This document shows, in pieces, positions 35,101 to 43,000 of a stretch of 64,000 bases of DNA. Within the stretch, counting starts at the first letter, position 1; the number at the start of each line of letters is the position of its first letter. A program made the translations under genes and the position numbers. Below the pieces are notes generated by a model, which made no database searches, had not been told where the DNA came from, and worked only from the letters and a program-made list of their open reading frames with translations. Source of the stretch: Phenylobacterium sp. (GTDB lineage: Bacteria; Pseudomonadota; Alphaproteobacteria; Caulobacterales; Caulobacteraceae); contig NZ_JAKFEN010000027.1 in assembly GCF_036677185.1 (NCBI RefSeq), forward strand, positions 94,044 to 158,043, read 5' to 3'.

Positions 35101-35907
35101 ATGAAGACCACCCTGCTGATCGCGGCTTCCGCCCTGGCTCTGAGCGCCTGCGGCCAGGACGGACCTCGCACGATCGCCAAGCTCACCTGCCCGACAACTG
35201 AGGGCGACCTGACTCGCGTAAGCGTCAGCGCCGATGGCAAGACCTGCGCCTATCGCTCGTCGGACGGAGCTGAGGTCACCCTGGAACTGGTCGCGGTGAA
35301 GGGCGACGTCAACGCCACCCTGGACGCCATCGAGAAGGAACTGCGCAGCACGCCTGGCCCGCTTTCGCTCGAGGCTAAGCAGACCCAGGCCGAAGTCGGA
35401 GCCCTCGTGGCCGACGCCCAGGCCGCGAAGGCCCGGCTCGGCAGCGTCGCGGCCGAGGTCGCCCGGGTTCAGGCCGAAGCCGCAGCCGACGCCGGCGTCA
35501 CCGTCCGCGCGGGCGGCATGGGCGTCGGGACGGTCGACACCGAGGACGGCGAGGTGACCCGCGTCGACTTGCCGGGCATCCACATCAACACCCGCGGCGA
35601 AGAGGCCAATGTCCGGGTCGGCCCGATCCACGTCGACGCCAACGACGACGACACCACGGTCAGGATGTTCCGCGACGTGCGCCTGCGCGGCCAGGCCCTG
35701 TCGCGTGAGAAGCGCGGCGTCCGCGCCACCTTCATCTACACCGGCAAGGACCTGCCCTCCGGCTACCGCTACGTCGGCTACGAAGCCGGCGGCCCGAAGA
35801 CCGGGCCGATCACCGTCGCCAAGGTGAAGTCGAAGGTCGACACTGAGTCCGGCGACAACATCTATCACGACGTCCAGGACCTCGTGCGCCGCAACGGCGG
35901 CGTCTAG
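35101..35907 (+). CDS. Hypothetical lipoprotein
   Basis: 268 aa with the lipobox MKTTLLIAASALALSAC. It has an Ala-rich coiled segment and then a beta-rich C-terminus. It is not a VWA protein. Confidence 0.55.
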   Translation: MKTTLLIAASALALSACGQDGPRTIAKLTCPTTEGDLTRVSVSADGKTCAYRSSDGAEVTLELVAVKGDVNATLDAIEKELRSTPGPLSLEAKQTQAEVGALVADAQAAKARLGSVAAEVARVQAEAAADAGVTVRAGGMGVGTVDTEDGEVTRVDLPGIHINTRGEEANVRVGPIHVDANDDDTTVRMFRDVRLRGQALSREKRGVRATFIYTGKDLPSGYRYVGYEAGGPKTGPITVAKVKSKVDTESGDNIYHDVQDLVRRNGGV

Positions 35908-36284
35908 CCCGCGGGCTGGACCTCGACGACCTTGTAGGTCAGGGGCCGGCCGTCCTCGTCGGTGACGGTCACGTACTCGCCCACCGCGAAGCGATGCTCG
36001 CCCAGCCGATGGACGGGCTCGTCGTCGGCCTCTTCGGCGTCGTCATAGTCGAAGAACCAGCGCGCGCCCTTGCGGGCCAGGCGGCCGTCGATGGCTTCCT
36101 CGTCCGGCGCGAACCGCCGCACCACGCAATTGGCTTTCGATTTCGCATAGGCCGCGGCGTCCAGGAGCCCGTCGGCCGTCAGAGGCGCCGTCAGGGCGTA
36201 ACCCCTATGATCGTCTCCGCCGGCGAACTCGGTGCCGGGATTGCGGGCGAGACGCATCACAATGCGCGACAGGGACAGTGGCAT
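35904..36284 (-). CDS. Hypothetical small acidic protein
   Basis: The ATG at 36284 gives MPLSLSRIVMRLARNPGTEFAGGDDHRGYALTAPL.. (126 aa). The longer ORF-track version (to 36644) would overlap the Usp gene and looks like an Arg-rich artefact. Confidence 0.45.
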   Translation of the reverse strand: MPLSLSRIVMRLARNPGTEFAGGDDHRGYALTAPLTADGLLDAAAYAKSKANCVVRRFAPDEEAIDGRLARKGARWFFDYDDAEEADDEPVHRLGEHRFAVGEYVTVTDEDGRPLTYKVVEVQPAG

Positions 36285-36298
36285 AGTCGGACCTCGTA

Positions 36299-37111
36299 CT
36301 AGTGAGACAGGAAGAGCGACGGCTGATCGGACGCCAGCAGAGTGCGCGTCGTGCCGCCGAAAATAAACTCCTGCAATCGCGGATGGCCGAAGGCGCCGGC
36401 GACCAGGATCTGGGCCTCGGCCTTGCGCGCAGCGTAGAGCAGCAGCGGGGCGGCGTCCCCGCTGTCGGGCAGGATGTCGATGTCGGCCTTCACCCCCCGC
36501 GCGGCGTAGTAGGCCTGTAGCCGGGCGGGCTCGAAGCTGCGCGAGGTCGCCTTGGGCGCGGCCAGGATCACGACGCGCGGCGCCTTTTCCAACATCGGAA
36601 GCGCCAGGCGCGCGGCGCGGGAAGCTTCCTTGCCGCCGTCCCAAGCCACCGCCACAGGGCCGCCGACCGCGAAGCCCTCGCGGGCGATCAGGACCGGCCG
36701 CTGCTCGTCGGCCACCATCTGCTGGAAGGCCTCGGCCAGGGGGCCGCGCCCACGGGCCGGGTCGTTGTTGAACACCACCACGTCCGACAGCCGGCTCTCG
36801 GCCGACAGTCCGGCCCAGACCGGGGTCTGCAGGGCGATGAAGCGGCGCTTCTCGTAGGTGATGGTGTCCATGGCCGCGCGCGCGTTGCGTTCGCCGGCGG
36901 CGGCGGCCTCCTTCAGGGACTCCAGCGCGGTGGTCTGGACCCCGCCCAGGAACCCCTCGCCCATCCAGGGCATGACGTCGGCCACGTCGGCCGGGGTGTA
37001 GACGCAGGCGAGTTCAGCGCCGAACGGCTCTGCAAGCTTGGCGCCCGCGGCGATCGCCGTCTTGTCGCCTTCCCCGCCCGAAAGCGGAACCATGATCCTC
37101 GCCCAGCTCAT
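36299..37111 (-). CDS. Universal stress protein (tandem UspA domains)
   Basis: The ATG at 37111 gives MSWARIMVPLSGGEGDKTAIAAGAKLAEPFGAELACVY.. The C-terminal Usp ATP-binding-like motif is ..ILVAGAFGHPRLQEFIFGGTTRTLL. Confidence 0.8.
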   Translation of the reverse strand: MSWARIMVPLSGGEGDKTAIAAGAKLAEPFGAELACVYTPADVADVMPWMGEGFLGGVQTTALESLKEAAAAGERNARAAMDTITYEKRRFIALQTPVWAGLSAESRLSDVVVFNNDPARGRGPLAEAFQQMVADEQRPVLIAREGFAVGGPVAVAWDGGKEASRAARLALPMLEKAPRVVILAAPKATSRSFEPARLQAYYAARGVKADIDILPDSGDAAPLLLYAARKAEAQILVAGAFGHPRLQEFIFGGTTRTLLASDQPSLFLSH

Positions 37112-37268
37112 GCTCTGTCCCCTATTGACGCCTGTCTGGACCTTAACCCCGTTCCACGCCTTGATATGGCGCAACTCCTGGGTCAGTTCAGACCTTCACT
37201 GTGAAAGGAACGCGTCGGTGAGGAAAGGGCTGCGTAAAACCGTGCAACAACCGCGCGCCTGGCAGCGA

Positions 37269-37865
37269 ATGCTGTCGGGACGGCGGCTGGACCTGCTGGA
37301 TCCCTCGCCGATGGATATCGAGATCGAGGACATCGCCCACGGCCTGGCCCGGGTGGCCCGCTGGAACGGCCAGACGGTGGGCGAGCACGCCTTCTCCGTC
37401 GCCCAACATTCGGTGGTGGTCGAGGAGATCTGCGCCCATATCCAGCCGGACCTCGAGCCGAAATGGCGGCTGGCGGCCTTGCTGCATGACGCTTCGGAGT
37501 ACGTCATCGGCGACATGATCAGTCCGTTCAAGGCGGCGCTGGGGGTGGACTACAAGACCTTCGAGGAGCGGCTGGAGACGGCGATCCACGTGCGGTTCGG
37601 AATTCCGGCCAAGGCCCCGATTCATATCAAGAAATTGATCAAGACAGCGGACCGGGCCTGCGCGTTCTTCGAGGCGACGCAACTGGCGGGTTTCACGGCC
37701 GCCGAGGCGCTGGAGTTCTTCGACGCCCCGCCGGACGGCTACCTTCTGCACATCGAGCCGCAGAGCGCCGCCGTCGCGCAATCGCGTTACATTCAGCGCT
37801 ACAATGTGCTGTCGCAGGCGGCCGGATTCGCCACCTCCCCCGCCGCGGCCTTCGAGACGGAGTAG
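37269..37865 (+). CDS. HD-domain phosphohydrolase (YfbR/5'-deoxynucleotidase-like)
   Basis: ..AWQRMLSGRRLDLLDPSP..IEDIAHGLARVARWNGQT...FSVAQHSVVV......LLHDASEYVIGDMISP.. (H...HD...D metal ligands). The start is either the ATG at 37269 or an in-frame GTG at 37218. Confidence 0.75.
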   Translation: MLSGRRLDLLDPSPMDIEIEDIAHGLARVARWNGQTVGEHAFSVAQHSVVVEEICAHIQPDLEPKWRLAALLHDASEYVIGDMISPFKAALGVDYKTFEERLETAIHVRFGIPAKAPIHIKKLIKTADRACAFFEATQLAGFTAAEALEFFDAPPDGYLLHIEPQSAAVAQSRYIQRYNVLSQAAGFATSPAAAFETE

Positions 37866-37872
37866 GACGCGC

Positions 37873-38388
37873 GTGACCCTCATCGTATGCGGATTGGCCG
37901 AGCTCCCGGGGATCATCGCCGCGCGCCACCCCTCGCACCTGGTCACCCTGCTCGACCCCGCCAGCATGATCGAGACCCCGGCGGGCTTCGCCGACCGGCA
38001 CCTGAAGCTGGGGGTCAACGACATCGCCGAGCCGATGGAGGGCATGGTCCTGCCGCACGCGGGCCTTGTGGCCGACCTGCTGGCCTTCGGCAGAACCTGG
38101 GACGAGAGCGCGCCGATGATCGTCCACTGCTGGGCCGGGATCAGCCGCTCCAGCGCCAGCGCCTTCGTCCTGGCCTGCGAGCGCAATCCCGACGTCTCGG
38201 AAAAGGCCATCGCGCTCGCCATGCGCAAGGCCGCCCGCCACGCCTATCCCAACCGCCGCATCGTGGCGCTGGCCGACGACATGCTGTCGCGCAAGGGCCG
38301 GATGGTCGACGCGGTGGAGGCCATGGGCGACTACGAATATTCCGGGATCGGCCAGCCGTTCGACTTCCCGGTCCGCTACCCGTGGTAG
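37873..38388 (+). CDS. Cys-based protein-tyrosine/dual-specificity phosphatase-like protein (COG5350 type)
   Basis: The GTG at 37873 gives VTLIVCGLAELPGII.. The active-site P-loop is HCWAGISRS (HCX5R[ST]). The ORF-track start at 37804 would overlap the HD gene. Confidence 0.7.
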   Translation: MTLIVCGLAELPGIIAARHPSHLVTLLDPASMIETPAGFADRHLKLGVNDIAEPMEGMVLPHAGLVADLLAFGRTWDESAPMIVHCWAGISRSSASAFVLACERNPDVSEKAIALAMRKAARHAYPNRRIVALADDMLSRKGRMVDAVEAMGDYEYSGIGQPFDFPVRYPW

Positions 38389-39347
38389 TCATCGGGCTCT
38401 CGGCGGTGGTGGTGGCCATCCAGGACGGCGACGCCGTGGTCCTGACCGTGCGCCCGCCCGGCCAGCTGCCCGGCCTGCCCTTCGGTCCCTTCGATCCCAA
38501 CGGCCATCGGACCTTCGAACTGGCCCTGCGCGCCTTCGTGACCGCCCAGACCCGGTTCGACCTGGGCTATGTGGAGCAGCTCTACACCTTCGGCGACCGG
38601 GGCCGCGACGCGCCCCTCGCCGACATGGGCCCCAGAAATGGGGGCGACGGCGCCCAGACCGGGGCGGCGCGGGTGCTGTCGGTGGGCTATCTGGCGCTCA
38701 CCCCCAAGGCGGTGGACACCGCCGCGCCCGACACCGCCTGGGCCAGCTGGGCGCGGTTCTTTCCCTATGAGGACTGGCGCGACGGCCGCCCCGACGCGCT
38801 CGGCGCCATCGAGCCGGCCCTGCGCCAGTGGGCGCACGGCGCCACGGAACGGCTCTCCCGCGCGCGGCTGCTGTTCGCGCTGGACGGCGCGCCCTGGAAC
38901 GAGGAGCGGGTGCTGGAGCGCTACGAGTTGCTCTATGAGGCGGGCCTTGCGCCCGAGGCCGCCCGCGACCGCGGCGAGGCCGCGGCCCTACCCGCCCCCG
39001 ACCTGGCCGCGGCGCTGGGTGAACCGATGATCAGCGACCACCGTCGCATCCTGGCCACCGCCCTGTCGCGCCTAAGGGGCAAGCTGAAATACCGCCCGGT
39101 GGCGTTCGAGCTGATGCCCGAGGCCTTCACGCTGTCGGCCCTGCAGCGGGCCGTCGAGGCCGTGGCCGGGGTTCCGCTGCACAAGCAGAACTTCCGCCGC
39201 GCCCTGGAGCGCGCCGACCTGGTGGAGGGCCTGGGCCGCGTCGATTCCGACACCGGCGGCCGGCCGGCCGAGCTGTTCCGCTTCCGCCGCGAGATCCTCG
39301 GCGCCCGGCCGGTGTCGGGCTTGAGCCTGCCCCTGCTGCGGGAGTAG
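38382..39347 (+). CDS. NrtR-like regulator: degenerate Nudix domain plus C-terminal winged-helix domain
   Basis: Only the 3' two-thirds of ORF 37887..39347 is real. The GTG at 38382 overlaps the PTP stop. The N-terminal Nudix-fold region lacks the REUxEE catalytic box (..GLPFGPFDPNGHRTFELALRAFVTAQT..). The C-terminal ..LMPEAFTLSALQRAVEAVAGVPLHKQNFRRAL.. matches the NrtR winged-helix signature as I remember it. Confidence 0.65.
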   Translation: MVVIGLSAVVVAIQDGDAVVLTVRPPGQLPGLPFGPFDPNGHRTFELALRAFVTAQTRFDLGYVEQLYTFGDRGRDAPLADMGPRNGGDGAQTGAARVLSVGYLALTPKAVDTAAPDTAWASWARFFPYEDWRDGRPDALGAIEPALRQWAHGATERLSRARLLFALDGAPWNEERVLERYELLYEAGLAPEAARDRGEAAALPAPDLAAALGEPMISDHRRILATALSRLRGKLKYRPVAFELMPEAFTLSALQRAVEAVAGVPLHKQNFRRALERADLVEGLGRVDSDTGGRPAELFRFRREILGARPVSGLSLPLLRE

Positions 39348-39387
39348 GCGCTGGGGTCCTTGGAGCATGTGGAGCCGATCTTGGCGC

Positions 39388-39563
39388 CCTTCTCCCCCTG
39401 CGGGAGAAGGTGGCCGTTCGGAGAACGGTCGGATGAGGGGTCTCTCAGAACTCGCCGGTTAGCCTCGGCGCGCTCTTCAACTCAGCTGGCAGACCGATAG
39501 GGCTTTCGACCCCTCATCCGACCCCGCTCTCGCGGGGCCACCTTCTCCCGCAAGGGGAGAAGG
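39388..39563. repeat. Nested palindromic intergenic element (REP/MITE-like), copy A
   Basis: The left arm is CCTTCTCCCCCTGCGGGAGAAGGTGGCC..TCGGATGAGGGGT (39388-39441). The right arm ACCCCTCATCCGA..GGCCACCTTCTCCCGCAAGGGGAGAAGG (39509-39563) is its near-perfect reverse complement. Each arm contains its own 8-bp hairpin. The element fills the gap between two convergent genes. Confidence 0.75.
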
Positions 39564-39564
39564 A

Positions 39565-40173
39565 TCATGAGGCCCTAGCCGCGGCGACCAGGGCGCGGAT
39601 GGCCCAGCGGGTGACCTTGCGCGACTGGCGGTCGTCGAGGCGCAGGACGTCCTTGAACACCACCATGGCCTCCGTGCCGATGATCAGCGCCAGGGCCGGG
39701 CCGAGCAGCTCCAGGGCCTTGGGGTCGAATTCGCCGCGCGCGGGCGCCAGGGCGGCCTCGATCAGCGGGGTGCGGCGGTTCTGGCGGGCGGGCAGGTCCG
39801 GGGCGGCGTCGCCCTTGAGGCCGGCCTGCAGGGTGTTGGCCAGCATCATCCGCAGCGGCGCCTCGTTGGCCGCCATCATCTCGTGCATGGCGGCCTCGAC
39901 GCGGTCGAGCCGCGCCACCGGGTCGGCGGGCGGGCCGTCGGCGAACAGTTCGGCGGGCGTCGGCAGGGCCACGTGCAGGGCGGCCTCCAACAGCAGCGCC
40001 TCGACGCTGGGGAAATAGCGGTAGGCGGTGGCGCGCGAGACCAGGGCCTCCTCGGCGATCTCCTCCAGGCCCGCCTTGCGGCCCTGTTTCATCAGCCGGG
40101 CGGCGGCGTCCAGCAGGTCCTTGCGGGTGCGCTGCTTCTGGTTCGGGCGGCCCGGCTTTTCGGCGAGGCTCAT
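39565..40173 (-). CDS. TetR-family transcriptional regulator
   Basis: The ATG at 40173 gives MSLAEKPGRPNQKQRTRKDLLDAAARLMKQGRKAGLEEIAEEALVSRATAYRYFPSVEALL.., a TetR HTH. The ORF-track start at 40371 is over-extended. Confidence 0.85.
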   Translation of the reverse strand: MSLAEKPGRPNQKQRTRKDLLDAAARLMKQGRKAGLEEIAEEALVSRATAYRYFPSVEALLLEAALHVALPTPAELFADGPPADPVARLDRVEAAMHEMMAANEAPLRMMLANTLQAGLKGDAAPDLPARQNRRTPLIEAALAPARGEFDPKALELLGPALALIIGTEAMVVFKDVLRLDDRQSRKVTRWAIRALVAAARAS

Positions 40174-40174
40174 C

Positions 40175-40597
40175 TCAGTCCTGCGGCAGCTGGCGCATGA
40201 TGGCCGCCAGGTCGAGCCAGACGTTCTCGCGGCTGATGTCGCCGTCCGGCGCGAACTCGACCACATGCAGCAACCTGAACTCCAGCGGACGGTCGCGACC
40301 CTCCAGGCCGAAGGGCATACCGGTCGCCCTGCCCCGCCAGAAGGAATCGTCGACCATGAAGCCGTCGCCATAGAGCCGCTTCCGGGTCTCGATCCTGCCG
40401 TCGGCCAGATCGCCGAACAGGATCTCGTAGAACGGCCGCGCGCCTTCCCGCCCGTGGGTCGGCCCGGTGGGCCAGCCGACGATGTCGTGCTCGACGTCGT
40501 GGGTGAGGGTCGCCAGCACGCCCTCCACGTCGTCGCGGGCCTCGAACCCGAAATGCTCGTCCATCTTGGCGTCCATCTGCTCGCGGGTCAGCGCCAC
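40175..40597 (-). CDS. SnoaL-like / NTF2-fold (ester cyclase-like) protein
   Basis: 140 aa: ..MDEHFGFEARDDVEGVLATLTHDVEHDIVG...GPTHGREGARPFYE.LF......ETRKRLYGDGFMVDDS... It is co-oriented with the TetR gene, 2 nt upstream of it. Confidence 0.6.
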   Translation of the reverse strand: MALTREQMDAKMDEHFGFEARDDVEGVLATLTHDVEHDIVGWPTGPTHGREGARPFYEILFGDLADGRIETRKRLYGDGFMVDDSFWRGRATGMPFGLEGRDRPLEFRLLHVVEFAPDGDISRENVWLDLAAIMRQLPQD

Positions 40598-40638
40598 GGT
40601 CGTCCCTCCCAGTGAATGATTTGATACCGAGTGCTCTT

Positions 40639-40658
40639 AATGAGATTTTGATCTCATT
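40639..40658. promoter_or_regulatory. Perfect inverted repeat, candidate TetR operator
   Basis: AATGAGAT-tttg-ATCTCATT lies in the divergent intergenic region between the SnoaL-TetR operon and the GST gene. Confidence 0.45.
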
Positions 40659-40777
40659 GCAAGACCCACATATCGCCGGCCTGTCACTGTCCGGGTGATT
40701 TCCATTTGCTTGCGCGGCGACGAGATGCCGAACTGGCGAGCAGCCGAGGCCGCCTTCGCCTCAAGCCAGGAGATCCC

Positions 40778-41425
40778 ATGACCATCCAGCTCACCGCGTT
40801 CCGCTGGGTTCCGCCGTTCGCACAGGGCTATGTCCGCGACCTGCGGATTCGCTGGGCGCTGGAGGAGGCTGGCCTGCCCTATGAGGTGGTGCTGGTCGAC
40901 GGCGAGGCCCTGGCCTCGGATCACCATCGCCAATGGCAGCCCTTCGGCCAGGTTCCCGCCTATCGCGACGGCGAGGTGGAGATGTTCGAGTCCGGCGCCA
41001 TCGTGCTGCATATCGCCGCCAAGTCGGAGGCGCTTTCGCCGCGCGACCCGGCCGGGGCGGCGCGGGTCGCCACCTGGGTGCTGGCGGCGCTGAACTCCAT
41101 CGAGCCCCACGCCCAGAACCTGATCGAACTCGACGACTCCGGCGAGGCCTGGGCCGCGGAACGCCGGCCTCAGGTCCGGGCCAAGCTCGACCGGCGGCTG
41201 GAGGGGCTCAGCGTCTGGCTTGGGGAGAAGGATTATCTGGAGGGCGACGCCTTCACGGCGGGAGACCTGATGATGACGGCGGTGCTGCGCGAGCTAGTGG
41301 ACAGCGGGACGCTGAAGCGGTTTCCCAAGCTCGACGCCTACCGGGTCAGGTGCGAGGCGCGGCCGGCCTTCGCGCGGGCCATGGAGGGGCAGATGGCGGC
41401 GTTCCGGGCGAACGCGCCGGGGTGA
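40778..41425 (+). CDS. Glutathione S-transferase (paralogue 1)
   Basis: The ATG at 40778 gives MTIQLTAFRWVPPFAQGYVRDLRIRWALEEAGLPYEVVLV..FGQVPAYRDGEVEMFESGAIVLHIA.. It has a C-terminal GST helix domain. It is similar to the GST at 56002..56652. Confidence 0.85.
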   Translation: MTIQLTAFRWVPPFAQGYVRDLRIRWALEEAGLPYEVVLVDGEALASDHHRQWQPFGQVPAYRDGEVEMFESGAIVLHIAAKSEALSPRDPAGAARVATWVLAALNSIEPHAQNLIELDDSGEAWAAERRPQVRAKLDRRLEGLSVWLGEKDYLEGDAFTAGDLMMTAVLRELVDSGTLKRFPKLDAYRVRCEARPAFARAMEGQMAAFRANAPG

Positions 41426-41649
41426 GGTGGGGGCGGTTAATTAGTATAGTGTCCCCGAAATTTCCGCCTTCAGCTGGCCTGAGATCAGCGATGTATAATC
41501 CACCTTACGCCCCTAGATGCCGCTTCAATGGTTCACTGTAATATCAGTTCACCTGAAACGTAAAATTCAGCACACCTTGACTAAGAGCTTCTGATCCCGC
41601 GACGAATTTCAGCGGTTTCGATATCTCGATACCACTGCCAGGACGCTTT

Positions 41650-42444
41650 CTAGAAGATAGCGCGTCGCTTTCGTGGCGGGCTAGTGATCAGTTTCTCACT
41701 CCAACCCGGCACCAGTTGCTCCATCGTCCGATAAACCATTCGCGCATCTTGAATCGACTGGATTATTTCTTCCTCTGTAACCTCCTCACCATGGATGGCG
41801 CGGCTCGCTACGCGATAGAAGCGCCGGAAAAAGCGCTCGGCGTCTATTGGCACGGGCACCTTATGCATCGGCATGCGCGAGGCCACGGGATCTACTTCCA
41901 TCAGTTCAGCTCGAAACCTCGCCTCCAGGTCTCGACGTAGCCGAGCAAGCGCGTTCCAGCTTTCACCAGTCCGCGCGCTGTCAATCGCGGTCACTATCTG
42001 AGGCGGATCATCTGGATCGTGCTGCCAATAGGAAGTGAGATGCTGCGCCAGTCCCGCGACAGGGGCTTCCACCTCAGGGGCCACCCGATCTCGCCCCGGC
42101 TCTGGGGTTGCCGCTTCAGCCGGTGGAGCAGCCACATAGTCAGTCAGACGAGCGAGATACCTATCCAACCGGGCCCGCAGCTTCACGTCGCGAAGATATA
42201 TGGCCAGTGGCACCTCGCCGAATTCGTCACGAAGGTATCCGGAGAGCTTGCTCAGATCGTCACTGGCAATTGCACTGTTGAAGGCCTCCTCAGCGGCCAA
42301 TTTCTGCGCCTGGCGAGACAGAAGCCTTGCGCGAACCGCCGTGAAAACTAGCGGAACAAGCGCTCCGATTGCTACCGGCAGGGCGCTACCTGCAAGCCAC
42401 CCAATGCCACGCGCCGTTGCTTCCAAAAGGTCGGGGACGCTCAC
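41650..42444 (-). CDS. Hypothetical membrane-anchored protein with a HEPN-like (Rx6H, DUF4145-like) C-terminal domain
   Basis: 264 aa with an N-terminal TM helix (IGWLAGSALPVAIGALVPLVFTAV), a P/A/E linker and a helical C-terminus. The C-terminus contains FFRRFYRVASRAIHGEEVTEEEIIQSI (R211..H218, nt 41791-41814). The region is lower in GC with A/T-ending codons. The start overlaps the upstream stop (ATGA). The CDS is likely real; the domain call is inference. Confidence 0.5.
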   Translation of the reverse strand: MSVPDLLEATARGIGWLAGSALPVAIGALVPLVFTAVRARLLSRQAQKLAAEEAFNSAIASDDLSKLSGYLRDEFGEVPLAIYLRDVKLRARLDRYLARLTDYVAAPPAEAATPEPGRDRVAPEVEAPVAGLAQHLTSYWQHDPDDPPQIVTAIDSARTGESWNALARLRRDLEARFRAELMEVDPVASRMPMHKVPVPIDAERFFRRFYRVASRAIHGEEVTEEEIIQSIQDARMVYRTMEQLVPGWSEKLITSPPRKRRAIF

Positions 42445-42884
42445 TCCGATGTCGCCCGGTCATCCGCTGCGCGCTTCAGAAATGGGCGGATTTCAACCAT
42501 CTTAGCGACTAGGGCCAGCGTGAGGACGAAGCGGCGTTCAATCTGAGATGCGAGGATCAGAGACCCCGCACCCACGACGAGCAACACACCCGCGATCCCG
42601 AGCGAAGCAACGGTCCAGAAGCCCATGTCTGCCAGGGGAAATGCCGACGCACTTTTAGCTACCTGTTGGCTCGCGTCTGCCTGGCGCAAGATGCCGGTAG
42701 CCACGGCGGCGAGAAGCGCAGTCGCACCAGCTAGCGACCACTTACCCACTTCTAGAGCCCTGGCATGCTCCCATTCATAGCTCTTCTCCACGGCCTTATG
42801 CGGATCAACCGCATCGTTAGCGACGAGCCGGAATAGATCGGCGATCCTTGTTGACGCTGCCATCGATTGCACCCCCGTCTTCAA
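42441..42884 (-). CDS. Hypothetical two-TM membrane protein
   Basis: 147 aa from a TTG at 42884, or 140 aa from the ATG at 42863. Two hydrophobic helices are present (WSLAGATALLAAVATGIL; FWTVASLGIAGVLLVVGAGSLIL). It lies in the lower-GC operon with 41650..42444. Confidence 0.5.
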   Translation of the reverse strand: MKTGVQSMAASTRIADLFRLVANDAVDPHKAVEKSYEWEHARALEVGKWSLAGATALLAAVATGILRQADASQQVAKSASAFPLADMGFWTVASLGIAGVLLVVGAGSLILASQIERRFVLTLALVAKMVEIRPFLKRAADDRATSE

Positions 42885-43000
42885 ACCTGCGCCAAACTCA
42901 GGGTTGTTTCAATATTGGAACCTACCCAGCGTGTAGACGGGCAGCGGTCCAAGGAGACTTCGACTGCAGTTGGATTTGCGGAAGACGACATTTGCGCCTC

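Noticed and set aside
41426-41649. tRNA, att site or integrase footprint at the left border of the low-GC islet.
   Set aside because: No tRNA-like cloverleaf, no direct repeat matching the right border and no recombinase ORF could be found. The islet boundaries remain undefined.
42881-43000. A ParE/RelE-type toxin gene downstream of parD.
   Set aside because: Only about 117 nt are available before the next gene. The 36-codon ORF found there has no resemblance to ParE. The antitoxin is therefore treated as orphan or repurposed.
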